Origin: the human T2T-CHM13v2.0 reference genome, Homo sapiens | Direction: 5' to 3' (one strand) | Assembly (NCBI RefSeq): GCF_009914755.1 | Contig: NC_060938.1 | DNA: 64,000 bases | In this document: positions 17,543-35,775 of the stretch, one piece after another | Layout: every line of letters starts with the position of its first letter | Numbering within the stretch: position 1 is the first letter of the stretch | The notes under the pieces: generated by a model | Databases searched by the model: none | Seen by the model: only the letters and a program-made list of their open reading frames with translations | What the model was told of the DNA's origin: nothing | Made by a program: the position numbers and the translations under genes

Positions 17543-18243
17543 TAGTTCTCTATGAATAAAAAATGTCAGCTGTGAATTTTCTTTGTGCTACATAAGCTGA
17601 AAACATATTTCCTGAGCAGTAGGAGTTTTTGTTTTATAAAATTTATTTATAGGAGTTTTTGTTTTATAAAACGATTTTTTTTAAATGTTCTTTTTTTAAA
17701 ATTGTGTTTCTCAGGCTACCTTGTCTTAGATAAAATGAGTTCTTTTTTTGCGTCAAGTAATTTTTAGTTTATTTTGAAATTTTTTAAATTATGGATTATG
17801 TTCTTAACTGATTTTAATTAATCTCATAAATTATCAGAAGCACTTATAAATTTAGAAAAAATTTACTTATTTACTACAAAAATGCTTGTAAATAAATCAG
17901 TTCTCCTGTTCTCTGACAAACTGCATATTTGCTCTTTCTTGATTCTGTGAGAGCAACTACCTGAGTACATTTTTAAACCATTTCTAAATATTTTCAGAAT
18001 TAGTAATGCAAGTCTGCTTATCTTGATTGAATTTTAAAACTCTATAATAACAAAGGAATACATGGCTTACTTGTTAAAACTTTAGTATTTAAAATAAATG
18101 AATAAATGTTTTTCTAAGTTATTGATATTTGAATAATGAACTAAAGAAAATCGAGCTACTATCCCTTTAATGATATACAGATCTATATAGTACAATATTT
18201 TCAGCACTTGATTTGTTAGAACAGTGTTGTTTTACAGTCATTA

Positions 18244-18627
<384 letters not shown>

Positions 18628-19592
18628 TTAAGTTATGAAGAGAGGACAGTGAAGCACAGAATGGTGTGACTTGCCTGCTCAAGGTTACCTGACTTGGGAG
18701 GGAGGATGTCAGAGCTAGGGCCAGAACTCAGCTTTCAGTATGACCCAGCTGAGTGCCTTCTATAGCAGTGGACACTTTTTTCATAACTCAATTCCAGAGA
18801 ATTTCTTGCTGATAATTTTGTTTTTCTTAAACTTGAGTTTTCATGAAAAAGGTGTCTATTTTGTTGATTGTAAATTGAATTTTTCTTTGTATATATAAAT
18901 TACAGTAACAAATAAAAGAAAATAAAGAGTAAAAATTCAGTAAATTAAACTTTTAATTTTTCTATGCTTTTTCTTGGGCAAATATCATGTTTACATATTT
19001 GTAATTGTAGCATTTTATACAACTTTTTTACTAGCACATAAAAAGATTTGCCATATTTTATATAGTTGTCTTCATAATTTTAACTTGTAATGACTAAAGG
19101 GTGGCCTATTGAATAACTATTTTACAATCTACTTGACCATTATCCTGTTTCGGATACTCAGGCAGTTTTTAGGTTTTCATCTTCATAAATAATACTGTAA
19201 TAAACATCATATTTAAAGCACATTTTCTTTCTTTTATGTTATTTCCTTAGAATAATTTCATAAGAGTAAGATTACTAGGTTAAAGTATATAAAACTTTAA
19301 TTCTTCCTATACTTATTGCCAGATGGTTTATCAGTTTTCACTGCCATGAAAAGTATCTGGGCCTGCCAGTTTCACCGCAGCTTCAGTAGTTCTGAATATT
19401 ATCATATAGATTCGTATTTACTAGATGTAAGTGTACAATGTTTGTAGTCTTCATTTCTTTTGATTTTTAATGGGGTGAAGTTATTTCTCTACACTTAATA
19501 ATTTGTTCATCATTTATAATTTTGAATTTATTTTTAAAGTATAGGGAAGAGTAATATGCTATAATTTTTAAAGCTTTTTAAAAGCAAGTTAA

Positions 19593-19802
<210 letters not shown>

Positions 19803-20021
19803 TAGACCTATCCCAAATTAGGAAATTGTCATGAGATTTTCTGTGCCTAGTAGTAACTGAAGTGGGATCTCTATTTGTAATATTTTACTTTAAATGACCC
19901 TTGCTGGGAAAATCAAGCTTCTTTAGATTCTTTGTAAAAGGGTTTGGAGGTATACATTTATAATTATTTTATCTTTTACAGGTTATTATTACTTAAACCT
20001 TTAATGAACAAGTTTTGTTAA

Positions 20022-20251
<230 letters not shown>

Positions 20252-20261
20252 AAGTTTTGTT

Positions 20262-20564
20262 AATTTTTATTTATTTTTTATGAGACAAGGTCTCACTCTG
20301 TCACCCAGACTGGAGTACAATGGCGTGATCATGGCTCACTGCAGCCTTTATCTCCTCAGGCTCAGTTGATCTTCCCACTTCAGCCTCCTGAGTAGCTGGG
20401 ACTACAGGTGCACGCCACCACACCAGGCTAATTTTTGTATTTTTCATAGAGATGGGGTTTCACTATGTTTCCCAGGCTGGTCACAAACTCCTGGGCTCAA
20501 GCGATCTGCCCGCCTCAGCCTCCCAAAGTGCTGGGATTACAGATGTGAGCCACTGTGCCTGGGC
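20262..20564 (-). mobile_element. AluJ
   Basis: Antisense Alu. Confidence 0.9.
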
Positions 20565-20730
20565 AAGTTTTGTTATTAATAAATAAAAAACAATGCTTTG
20601 CTGAAGGTAAGGCTGATCATTTTTAGAGCATGCTTCCTCATATTGTTTTTAGGTGTGAATTTCAATAATAAAACGTAGAGAAACTTAACATTCATCACCA
20701 TGTTCACTTGGAAAAAGTGCTAATATATGA

Positions 20731-21020
<290 letters not shown>

Positions 21021-21072
21021 ATATATGAACTTTTTAACACAGAGCAAGAACTTTTATAAGGGACATGTATTA

Positions 21073-21340
21073 ACCAAACATCATATGTTCTCACTCATAA
21101 ATGGGAGCTAAGCTATGATAATGCAAAGCCATAAGAATGACACAATGGACTTTGGGGACTTGTGGGGAAAGGGTGGGAAGCGGGTGAGGGATAAAAGACT
21201 ACAAATTGGGTTCAGTGTATACTGCTTGGATGATGGGTGCACCAAAATCGCACAAATCACCAATAAAGAACTTATTCATGTAACCAAATACCACCTGTTC
21301 CCCAAAAATCTATGGAAATAAAAAAAATTAAAAGAAAAAT
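21073..21340 (+). mobile_element. L1PB/MA 3' end with AATAAA and A-tail
   Basis: atgttctcactcataaatgggagctaagctatga...gtaaccaaataccacctgttccccaaaaa. Confidence 0.85.
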
Positions 21341-21739
21341 AGTATATTACAGAGTCTTAAAATGTACCCCTTCTAACAAAAGTAAGTGAAATATTAAACT
21401 AAACACTTTAATTCTTGGAATCATTTAAATGCATGCAGGTCTTATCTTAGACACATTTAAAGAATTTTAAGAAAGTCACAAGATAATAAAATCTTTAATA
21501 AAGAAGGCAACCTCACACCAAAAATTATTATGTAGTCTTACTACATACAAACAAGGCTAAAGGATAGATCCACTTATTGGTACTTTGAAGAAATAGATAA
21601 ATCTCTTCTTTACTAATTTATAAAAGTCGTCTATTTTACTGGACTTCGTGATGATGACACTTATCAAATTCCTTTTTTCTGTGATGGAAATAAATGTAGG
21701 GGTTTTTCTATGAATTCAACCTTTTACTTACTTGTTTAT

Positions 21740-21867
21740 GTATTTTTTTGTAGAGACAGGGTCTTGCTTTGTTGCCCAGGCTGGTCTCAAACTCCTGGCC
21801 TCAAACAGTCCTGCTGCCTTGGCCTCCCAGAGTGCTGGGATTGCAGGCATGAGCCATTGCGCCTGGT
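21740..21867 (-). mobile_element. FLAM/Alu monomer
   Basis: Antisense monomer. Confidence 0.8.
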
Positions 21868-21958
21868 TGTGGTATAGTTTTTATGAGGTGTAAATATTTA
21901 GTTTTATTTGATGAGTGTATTTATGGCCTAAATTGTAGGCTACTTTGTAGGCTATAAG

Positions 21959-22255
21959 TTTTTTTTTTTTTTGAGATGGAGTTTCACTCTTGTCGCCCAG
22001 GCTGGAGTGCGATGGTGTGATTTTGGCTTGTTGCAACCTCCGTGTCCCAGGTTCAAGCAATTCTCCTGCCTCAGCCTCCCAAGCAGCTGAGATTACAGGC
22101 ACGCACCACCATACCCAGCTAATTTTTTCTATTTTTAGTAGAGACGGGGTTTCTCCATGTTGGTCAGGCTGGTCTCAAACTTCCGACCTCAGATGATCCA
22201 CCCACCTCAGCCTCCCAATGTGCTGGGATTACAGGCATGAGCCACTGCGCCTGGC
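21959..22255 (-). mobile_element. AluS
   Basis: Antisense Alu with TSD taggctataa. Confidence 0.9.
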
Positions 22256-22365
22256 TTTTAGGCTATAAATTGAGTAGATAATCATCATAAGAAGCTAACT
22301 TAGGCCAGAATACAAATATGTGAGATATTATATACAAGAGAAATGAATTAGTATTTGGAAAATGA

Positions 22366-22512
<147 letters not shown>

Positions 22513-23049
22513 TAAAAACAAGAGATTGGAATGAAAACTAGATTGAAAAGAGTTTTGTTCAGATTTTTCAAATTTCTTTGGGACTTTTAATAAATTATAG
22601 CATTGCTTCTTAAATTTATCTTAGATTTAGTTACTATTTTTTGATGCTAATATATCTTCCCCCTTTCTATAATATAGCTATGAAATGAATATCTCATTTT
22701 TTCAAAATGCAGGTTATTAATTTCTAACGTATGGATTATTCATTTCTGATTAAATGATATCTAGGATTTGTTTCAAAAATAATCCAAGATAGGTTAGGGT
22801 CATGTAAGTTGGGAGTATAGATAAAATGAGGCTAGCCAAAAGTTAATGATTGTTGTAGTTAAATATTGGGTGTATGGGGTTCATTTTAGTATTTTCTCTA
22901 TTTTTGTGTATATTTGAAATTTTACATAATAAAAAGTTTTAAAAAAATCAAATCTGGGCCATGATAATTATATTTATCTTCAACATCTTAAAGACTACAG
23001 TAATAAGAACTAGAGGAGCCATATGTTGAGTAATTTTATGTGGAGATAT

Positions 23050-24704
23050 TGTATAGTCTATTTACATGTAATGTAATTACTGATAAGGTAGGATTTGTGT
23101 CTACCATGTTGCTTTCTATATGCCTTAGGTCTTAGTTCACTGTTCCTCCCTTAGTGCCTTCTTTTGTATTAGACATTTTCTGGTTGCACCATTTTAATTC
23201 TTTTGTCATTTTCTCTACTATTATTTTTTGAGTTATTTTCTTCGTGGTCACTCCAGGAATTACAATTAACATATTAATTTAAAGCAATCTAATTTGGATT
23301 AATAGTGATTTAATTTCAATATTATTCAGAAACTTTGCTCCAGTAAAGCCTTGTTCCCTCCCCTTTTCTTCTATTATTATCATACAAATTACATCTTTAT
23401 ACATTATAAGCTCATCTATGTAGTCTGATAATTATTACTTGATGCAGCTCTTTTAAATCAGATAGGAAAAGAAAAGAGATATGAACAAAAATACATATAC
23501 TGGCTTTTATATTCAACTATATAGTTCATCTTTAACAGTACTCTATTTCTTCATATGGATTCAAGTTAGCCCAGTGTCCTTTTATTCCACCCTGAAGGAC
23601 TCCTGATAGTATTTCTTATAGGGTAGGTCTGTTAGCAGTGAATTTTCTCAGTTTTTGTTTATCTGGTACTGTCTTAATTTCTTTCTCACTTTTTCGTTGT
23701 CATTTAAACAGACATTTGGTTTCTCATAGTTGTGGAAGCTGGAAGTTCAAGATCAAGGTGCTGGCCGGGTTGGTTTCTTTTGAGGCCTTTCTTCTTGACT
23801 TGCAGGTGGCCTCCCTCTTGCTGTCTCTTCACATGGTCATCCCTCTCTGCACACACACCCCTGGTGTCCCCTCCTTCACTTTTGAACAATAATTTTGCTA
23901 CATACAGAATTTTTGGTAGATGTTCTTTTTCTTTCAGCATTTTGAATATGTCACCTGACTGCCTTTTGGACTCTGTGGTTTCTGATGAGGAGTTGTATGT
24001 TGGTGTGCTTGATGGTGTCCCACAGGTCTCTAAGACTTAATTTTTCTTCATCCATTTTTCTTTCCCCAATTATCCTCATATTCCTTTCCTCATAATCTCA
24101 ATTAGCCTGTCTTAAAGTTTGTTGATTCTTCTGCCAACTCAAATATGGTGCTGAGCCCCTCTAGTGAATTATACATTTCAGTTGTTATATTTTTCAACTG
24201 CAGAATTTCTGTTTGTCTTTTAAAAAAATGTTTTCTATCTCTATTGATCATTCTATATTTGGCAAGACTTCATTCTTATACTTTAATTTTAAAACTGGTT
24301 TCTTTTAGTAATAGCTGATTTATAGTCTTTGCCTAGTAAGTCTAATATCTGGGATTCCTCAACAGCAGTTTCTTTTGACTGTGCTTTTTTCTGTGTTTGG
24401 GCTCTACTTTCCAGTTTCTTTGTATGTCTCATAAATTTTTGTTGAAAACTGGGCATTTTAAATAATACAGTGTGGCAACTCTGGAAATTAGATTCTTTCA
24501 CCTCCCAGAGTTTATTGTTGCTAGTTATTGTTGTTGTTGCTGTTTGTTTAGTGACTTTCCTGGACTAATTCTGTGAAGTCTGTATTCTTTGTCATGTGCT
24601 CCCACTGAAGTCTCTGTTTTGTTAGCTTAGTCTGCCAGTGATTGGAAAGAGATTTCCTTAACTGCCTTGAACTGATAAGTCTCCCTCTCTTTGCCATGGA
24701 TTAC

Positions 24705-24735
<31 letters not shown>

Positions 24736-25460
24736 TGTGCGAGTGCATGCACATGCATGTGCTAGAGCATGCCTCCAGTGCCTGGCAGATTATGAGTCTG
24801 TTTTAGCCTTTCACTTCCTACTTGCACAGAGCCTCAAGGTCGGAAGTGAGTGATTAGGACCTTCCCAGGTCTCTCTTGGGCATGTACATAGCCCTGTATG
24901 TGGACTAGAAGGCATGACCTTCTAGATTCCTAGGAATATGTTGGAGCTTTTCAAAACTCCACTTTGGACATTTCATTGCCTAGATTTTTAACATTTGTTG
25001 ACCACAATCTTGTTTGCCCCAACTAGTGTCACTACCTCACGCTGCTGAGATGTTAAACAATTGCCACCGTTTTTTTGAAAAATGCCCTGGGGATACTTTC
25101 TCGCTGAGCTAGCAGTGAGTCAGTTCAAATAAAGACAAACACTATGAATGAGACTTTTAGGAGAGCTTGAAACCATTCTACTGTCTTTAGTGGTTGTGAG
25201 GCTGTTGGTTTTCGAGGCCGCCACAGAGTTGGGAATAGGGTCCCGAGAATGAGGCAAGTTAAAAAAATTCCATAAAGCTTGCTCTTCTTACCTAGAGTCA
25301 GCCATTTTTCTTGAATAAATGCTCCTGGGGTTCTTGCAAGTCTTTAATTTCCAGAGGTTAGAAAAACTTGATTTTGATGATTTTTGCTAGGGTTCTCATT
25401 GTGCTTATGGAGAAGCAGATTTTCAGAATTTCTTACTCCACCAATCTGGAAGTGCTTCTG
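23050..25460 (-). mobile_element. Old L1M fragment with embedded MLT1-like LTR piece (about 23705-23870) and (TG)n (about 24705-24740)
   Basis: Degenerate antisense L1M sequence; ggaagttcaagatcaaggtgctggc motif typical of MLT1. Boundaries approximate. Confidence 0.65.
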
Positions 25461-25687
25461 GATGTTAGCTTCTTGAAAGCATAACCTTTTCCTGCTCCTT
25501 TTCTGCTACATCTAAACTTTTCTGGTTAGATAATTTTGTCTCTTGTGATTTTCTGTGTTTCATTTGTTTAATCACATAACTGATTAATTCCATAGTTCAA
25601 TTTTAATAGGATACCATTTAGTAATATAGCTAAGACTGTATCAAAGATTTGTGTAATGAAATGTTTACTGAATTTACAACAATTTAG

Positions 25688-25864
<177 letters not shown>

Positions 25865-26301
25865 TAAAATTGATGATTAGTTAAGATAAAAATTAAAAAG
25901 GAATAAAAGAGTTATAAAGATAGAAATTAGGAGGAAGGATGAAGAAAAAGCACTGAAAAAGATATGTCAGCCACATCTGTTCCATTTATAAAGTATTTCC
26001 AGAGGCCTTCACCAAGTGATTTCTACTTATCGCTCCTTGACCAGGACTGAGCCATATAGCCACCTCTGGCTTCCCAGCTTCTGTTGGAAAGGGAGGAAGG
26101 GGAAAAGAGACCTGTGAGTGAATGGACTTCATTTATCCAATCCACAATGTCTGCCATTTCTTCCATACATAAAGAGCCAACTTGCTTATATTTTACTTTA
26201 TTTTGCTTTCTTCAGCAGAGAGAGAGAGCTATTATTGGTCGCTGGACTGCTTAGCACTGCTATGGATTTCTCACCTCTATTTTATTTAACACTCACATTA
26301 G

Positions 26302-26603
26302 TTTTTTTTCTTTTCTTTTTTTGAGTCAGAGTCTTGCTCTGTCACCCAGGCTGGAGTGCAAGGGTGCAATCTCGGCTTACTGCAACCTCCACCTCCCGGT
26401 TCAAGCAATTCTTCTACCTCAGCCTCCTGAGCAGCTGGGATTACAAGGGTGTGCCACCACACCCGGCTAATTTTTGTATTTTTAGTAGAGACAGGGTTTC
26501 ACCATGTTGGCCAGGCTGGTCTTGAACTCCTGACCTCAGGTGATCCACCTGCCTCGGCCTCCCAAAGTGTTGGGATTACAGGCGTGAGCCACCATGCCTG
26601 GCC
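26302..26603 (-). mobile_element. AluSx
   Basis: Antisense Alu with TSD cacattagt. Confidence 0.92.
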
Positions 26604-26746
26604 CACATTAGTATTTCTAAATGGAGGAAAAACACTTTGATTGCCAAGTATTCTTTTGTAAGTCTTCAGTTTGACAAATTGAGTCCTTAGAATATATTGG
26701 TATAATGTATGGCCTCAACAATAGTGATAGCTGTTATTTTGATTAA

Positions 26747-27016
<270 letters not shown>

Positions 27017-27434
27017 TAAGAGGATGTTGGCATCCAGGGTTATTTATGAGTCTGTCAGTTCCACTTTCTTCATAATTTTTTTCTAAGCACTGTATTTTCC
27101 TATTAGTTTTCATATTTTTAAAAGGTTCTTTATTGACTTTGAAGATGTGGAACTTATAAAGTTGGAATTTGGATATATATATATGGTGGTACTACTTTTT
27201 TCTGGTGGAAATTTTTCTTTTAATTTTTTCTTTCTTTGGTACATATCTTCTTGGATCCACATGTGCTTTTCAAACATTTATCCTTCAAATATTTGATGAA
27301 AACTAATACCATGAAAACAAATAGCAAAGGTTTTTCCTTTTCAGATGAAGGATATTAGGCCCCCATTCTACTATCCTAATATCCTTTCCTTTTCAGATGA
27401 AAGATATTAGGATAGCAGGTTCACAACTAGATAA

Positions 27435-27611
<177 letters not shown>

Positions 27612-28803
27612 TGAATTCTCAGAAGATAATATTGATTCCAATTTACAGGCATTACATTTGTTTTCAAAATATTTCTTATATAAAAATCCACTTATTTTTA
27701 ATTTAATTGTCACTCTTTATATTTACTTAGTAATAAATTTAGCTTTGTTTAACAAGTATATTATCTCCACTTATATTCTGGCTCTTATTTGGCAAATTGT
27801 TGGACAAAAACTAAAACATGAATAATCTGAAAGAAAATTTAGCAAAAGTGTTTGGAAAAAGAATTATACTTGCAAAGATATTTGAAGACAGTGGATTTAG
27901 GAGCATTGACCCGCCAAAGTAAAAATACCAGAGTAATGCAAAGAGAAAAAAACCAACGAGATTTACTAAGTTTACGGAAGTCAGTTCCAGATGGAAAAAC
28001 AGCCTCTTTCTCACAACCACAATGGGCATGGTACATCTTCAAACATCCAGCATTGGAAAAGTCTGGGAGTTATCTTTCTTAGAGGGTCCATAATTTAAAG
28101 GAAATTTAAAAATTTTATATATTTGAGTGAGCGGAACTAGGCAGGCTAAGGTGTTATTTTGTCCTGGGGTGCAAGGTGTGTTTTTTTGACTGTAGATGTG
28201 CTTATATGCTACTTACAAGGGTAGCAAGGTGAAGCATCAGTACTGTTTCCATAGCAATAAACACAGAAATATATTTTAAAACTTTGTTGTTGAAGAATAT
28301 ATATTTCTAATGAAGTTATGAAAAATTTATTTTAGGTACTATATGGTACACACACACAAAAAAATTGAACTAAGAGTCAGAAGATTTGGAGTCTAGTTTT
28401 CGCTCTACAGCTAACTGGCAATGTATCTTACTCTTTTGCAATGAATCCCATGTAAAGTATATTTGTTTAAACTTTCACATAATTTTAATTTATATTTATC
28501 TCAGTTTTGTTACAAAAGTGTTTGCTTTTTTTGAAATGTATTTTTAATTTTTTAAACTGTTAGCAAAATTCATATGGTTCAAACATCAAAAAGTATAAGA
28601 AGGTTTGTCATGCAAAGTTGTCCTGCTACCCCTGCAACCCTTCTATTATTTCCCATTCCCCACTCCAAAAGATACTAGTCTTTTTAGGGTTTTGTTTATT
28701 TTTCCAGAGATTTTTGATTTTTATATATCCAATAAAGCCAATATCCTTTATTTTTAATGCATTTAAAACTGCTAAACTGTATTTATATAGCAGCAAAAAA
28801 TAA

Positions 28804-29115
<312 letters not shown>

Positions 29116-30003
29116 TAATCTGTTCTTTTAACATAATTGTTGTGTTATAATTGATCATTTCCTTTAAGAGATAAATAATGAAGCGAATGTGAAGGTGTTT
29201 TAAAAATATGAAGGACTATACAAATGTAAGCTATCTTTACACTATTGATACTTAGGGTTTTGGATTTATAATGTGAAAAGCACTGAACAAAATAGATAGT
29301 TCCTTTCTTATGAGATCTCACACCCTGGCATCATGATTTTGTAGTTATAGCAGGTATAAAGGTATATCTAGAGATCATCTAGTCCAAAAACTAGATTCTC
29401 TAGTTTATGGTACTCAAAATTTTCATTTGCGTGTGTGTATATAGTTTATTTTTCAGTTTAACAAATGCATGTTTAGTGCCTAGTATATGCAAGGCGTGGT
29501 ACTAGATGGTATGGAGGAAATTTTTTTGACTGCTGTAACTAGGCTATAAGTTTCTAAGTGCCAAACATGGATTGTTGAGCAGATCAGTAAAGCATCTAAT
29601 TCAATGCTTATACTTAGTAGATTCTCAGTAAATGCTCCCTTTCTGTGACATTTAGATTATGGTTGAAGGTGGGTTCAGAAATATATAAAATTATTTAAAG
29701 GTTAAGGTTGTTGTATTTTTATTGTACTGGAGTATAATAAATATGTAAAATGTGTTTAAATGTTTCTTGTTGGTGCTGAAAATATACTTAGTAATGTAAA
29801 AATTTTCATGTTTCTTAGGTGGATGATTTTTATATTTAAAGCTTTTCAAACTAATGCTTGAAACCTGTTATCTAGAATTTAAGGGCTGTTGAAAACAGAG
29901 GTTATTTTTTACTTAATCATTCTTGTTATAATACTTAAGCTAGCAAAAGGAGGCTTTAGAAAAATGAGATAAGTGTTTGATGACTGTTTTCATGGTGAGT
30001 TGA

Positions 30004-30213
<210 letters not shown>

Positions 30214-30444
30214 TAATGTTTAATCTCATTTCTTAATAGTATCAGTTTAATATGTAAAGTTTCTTTTTGCTTTTTATTTATTGCTTATACGTGCCATTCA
30301 AATTATATGATGCTTGGGGATGGAAAAATAATTCCTCTTAGGAGAGGTAGGAAGAAATAGACCAACATTTTAAAAAAGACACAAGATAGGAATAATTGGG
30401 AAGAAATGTAGGATTAAATGGCATCTTCAGATAAAGCATCATAA

Positions 30445-30689
<245 letters not shown>

Positions 30690-31254
30690 TGATGATGAAT
30701 CTTGAGCATCTAAATTATAATCTAGGAAAGTAGACATTTCCCTGAAGACCTAGGTGCATTATGAACAGAAAGATCAGCCATTTGCTGTTTATTATAAAAG
30801 TGTTGATGAGCACTTTTGCAGTTTGGTTTTCAAAGAGACTTAGGTAGAAAGGTGAAAACTTTTTTGTTGCTTTTGTGCACAACTGAAAACATCTTCATGT
30901 ATCACTGTGTATTTTGAGTCACATCTACTGTTTCACTGGTACTGTGTATTTAAATACAACTTTTGGTTATATACTGAGTCTGTTGACTTTGGTTATGTAT
31001 TATAGTTTCTCAGCTTCTGCTTAGCAATCAGTAAGCTACAGCTGACAATATGTGATAACTAGTAGATACAAACCCATTTTCCTCTCTTATCCTTTCTAGA
31101 AGTTGGAGCTATGGTGGTTACTTTGGTTCCCTTTGCTTTCTAAAGGTTATGCAATCATATACAGTGTCAGGTTATATAGAAATTTTACTAATTTAAAATA
31201 GAAAGCATATAGCTTATGGGTGATATTTATCCTAATGGATGGTATTTACCCTGA

Positions 31255-31641
<387 letters not shown>

Positions 31642-31724
31642 TAATTTGAGGCTTTAAAATGCTTTCAAATCCAAAAATAACTTTATTCAATAATGCTTTT
31701 AATGATCAGAAGTGATTAAGAGCC

Positions 31725-32076
31725 TGTATTAGTTCATTTTCACACTGCTATAAAAAACTACCTGAGACTGAGTAATCTATAAAGACAAGAAGGTGTAATT
31801 GACTCACAGCTCCACATCTCTGGGGAGGCCTCAGAAAACTTAGAGTCATGGCGAAGGGAAGCAAGGCATGTCTTATATGGCAGCAGGAGAGAGGGAGCAA
31901 AGAAAGCCATGCCCTTTTAAAGCATCAGATCTCATGAGAACTCATTCACTATCACAAGAACAAATTAGGGGAAACTGCCCCCATGATCCAGTCATCTCCC
32001 ACCAGGTCTCTCCCGTGACGCATGGGGATCAATTTGAGATGAGATTTGGGTAGGGACACAGAGCCAAGCCATATCA
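31725..32076 (-). mobile_element. MaLR solo LTR (MSTA/THE1-like)
   Basis: tgtattagttcattttcacactgctataaa ... gagatttgggtagggacacagagccaagccatatca; 5-bp TSD gagcc/gaacc. Confidence 0.88.
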
Positions 32077-32590
32077 GAACCTAAGGACTTATGCTTATCC
32101 TAGGGCCTCAGTACCTGCCACTTCCTCTGTCTGGAGAGCTCTTCGTTCAGACACTTGCATGGTTCTCTCTCAATTCTTCCGTCTCCGCTCTTAGATGATA
32201 GCTCCTTAGAGTGCTCTACCCTGACCATTCTATTCAAAGAATTATCTCCTGTTCCTCTACATCTCCTCACTCTGCCATATTGTTCTTCATGGCACTTCAC
32301 ATTTCCTGTGTTATATTTTTATTTGTTTGTTTTATTATTTATTTGTCACTACTGGACTGTAAGCTCCATGAGTACAGTTGGTTTAGTCACCTCTGTATTC
32401 CTTGTGCCAGAAACAATGTTTAACACATATTAAATGCTGAACAAACATTTTAAATAAACACTTAAGAAAAATATTCATTCAATAGAATGACTATCAGAGA
32501 ACAAGATGAAAGAATATAGACATGGTATTACAATTTTTCTTCCTGGGGTCATAAACAAAAAGAAACTATATTTAAAAGTCTGGATGTGTA

Positions 32591-32872
32591 GGTTGGGCAC
32601 AGTGGCTCATGCCTGTAATCCCAGCACTTTGGGAGGCTGAGGCAAGAGGATTGCTTGAGACCAGCCTCAGCAACATAGCTAGATCCTGTCTCTACAATAA
32701 ATTAAAAAAATTAGCAGGGCATGCCTGTAGTCCCAGCTACTTGGGAGGCTGAGGTGGGAGGATCACTTCAGCACTTGAGCTTAGGAATTCAAGGTTGCAG
32801 TGAGCTATGATAGTGCCACTGCACTCCAGCCTGGGTAACTGAGCAAGACCCTGTCTCTAAAAAAAAAAAAAA
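32591..32872 (+). mobile_element. AluJ
   Basis: Sense Alu with poly-A. Confidence 0.88.
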
Positions 32873-32915
32873 TTAGATACATTAAAAAATTAGATACATA
32901 GAAACACCCACATGT

Positions 32916-33470
32916 GAAGTGGAAGTGTAGGTGACGGTCTGAGACATCACCACCAACCTGGGCACTGGGGAGATGGCCAAGACTGACCCCAAGACCTTAC
33001 AGGACCTCACCTCGGTGGTGTAGACACCCCTGCAGCAGATGCAAGATAAATTTCAGACTATGACCAGATAATTGGGAGAATTGATGATATGAGTAGTCAC
33101 ATTGATGATCTGGAGAAGAACATCACAGACCCCATGACACAGGCTGGGCTGGAAGAACTGGAAGGTGAAAACAAGATACCTGCCACACAAAAGAGTTGAG
33201 GGTTGCTAATAATTTATATAATGGAATCTGGAACATCATTTTTCTGAGCCAAGAGAAGACTGAATGGCTTTTTTCAGCTAACTACTGTGTGTAGACAGGT
33301 TTTATATTATAAAGTGTGCATTCTTATCACATACTATATAGTTAGTTTATAAAGCAGTTTATCCCCCAGTTTCTTGAATGTGGTATCTTCACATCTTGGA
33401 CCTTGGTCAGTTGTACTATTAATTATTAAAAACTAAAACTTTGGCAGTTCCTGCATTTAAAAAAAAAAAG
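32916..33470 (+). pseudogene. HSBP1P1: Processed pseudogene of HSBP1 (heat shock factor binding protein 1), probably HSBP1P1
   Basis: ATG at 32973 reads [29 protein letters not shown]/../[20 protein letters not shown]...KIPATQKS* (stop 33197-33199). Premature TAG at 33021, a frameshift near 33063, no introns, ATTAAA at 33425, poly-A, and TSD cacccacatgt (32905-32915 / 33471-33481). Confidence 0.93.
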
Positions 33471-33695
33471 CACCCACATGTTAAAAGTAAAAATGTAATG
33501 TCAGGAAATTATTAAGAAAATATTTTAGCCTCTTCCTTTGCCCGCTTACTTTATTCTTTACTTTTTTGTGTGTGTGTTCCATAGACATTTATTCACTTCT
33601 CCAAAGAGACATAAAATCAAATTTTTAATATTTTAAGATTTAGGATATAATGGCTATATGTGTATGTATACATCATAGGAACAGAAAAAAATGTA

Positions 33696-34238
<543 letters not shown>

Positions 34239-34523
34239 TATAATGATATTAATTAGTAAGGTTTAAGTAAGTATAGAATTTGATTGTCTGTACATAATTT
34301 AAAAAGATAAAGCTGGTTATTCAGAATTATGTTGTGTGTAAAGGTGTAATGAGAAAATGAAAATCATCAATTCCAAAAATGATCATTAACTTTTTCGTAC
34401 CTATGGAAAAAAATTTAAAGAATTCAAACATTGTTGGAATATTCTTCAGAATCTTTATTTAACATTTTTTTCTAGTTATTATATCTATTTTGTCACAGTA
34501 GCTGTACAAGTTGTATGTCTATT

Positions 34524-34725
34524 CAGGGGCTGGCAACTGTGGCCTACACGTGAGCTGCCTGTTTTTATAAAGTTTCATTTGCCTCTAACTGTGTTCATTC
34601 ATGTATATATTGTCCATGGCTTCTTTCATGACACAACAGCAGAACTGAGTCATTACAGCTGAGATCACGTGGCCTGCCAGACAAATATTTACTGTCTGGC
34701 CATTTAAGAAGTTTGCTACCTCTGG
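34524..34725. mobile_element. MER58-like hAT MITE
   Basis: caggggctggcaact...atatttactgtctggcc...aagtttgctacctctg. Confidence 0.75.
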
Positions 34726-34774
34726 TCTATATATTACTTCTGTTTTGGGGCCTTGTAACCTTATATAGAATTAA

Positions 34775-35249
<475 letters not shown>

Positions 35250-35420
35250 ATTGAATTTTAAATTCTTATCAGCAGTAGCAGAACTTACAAAATGGTACTA
35301 ACATGATAGTCATCTACCTTTTCTTGTAAATGTTATTTGTTTTTGTGGGGAAGGCCTCACAATGTATTTTATGCTGTGTAATAGCAATCTCTGAAATGAT
35401 GGGTTCCTGCTGTAGTTTCA

Positions 35421-35775
<355 letters not shown>

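Noticed and set aside
27811-28082. Purine-rich, coding-looking intronic stretch with ORFs on both strands
   Set aside because: No convincing splice sites, the flanking exons already join in frame, and I recognise no homology; not supportable as an exon.
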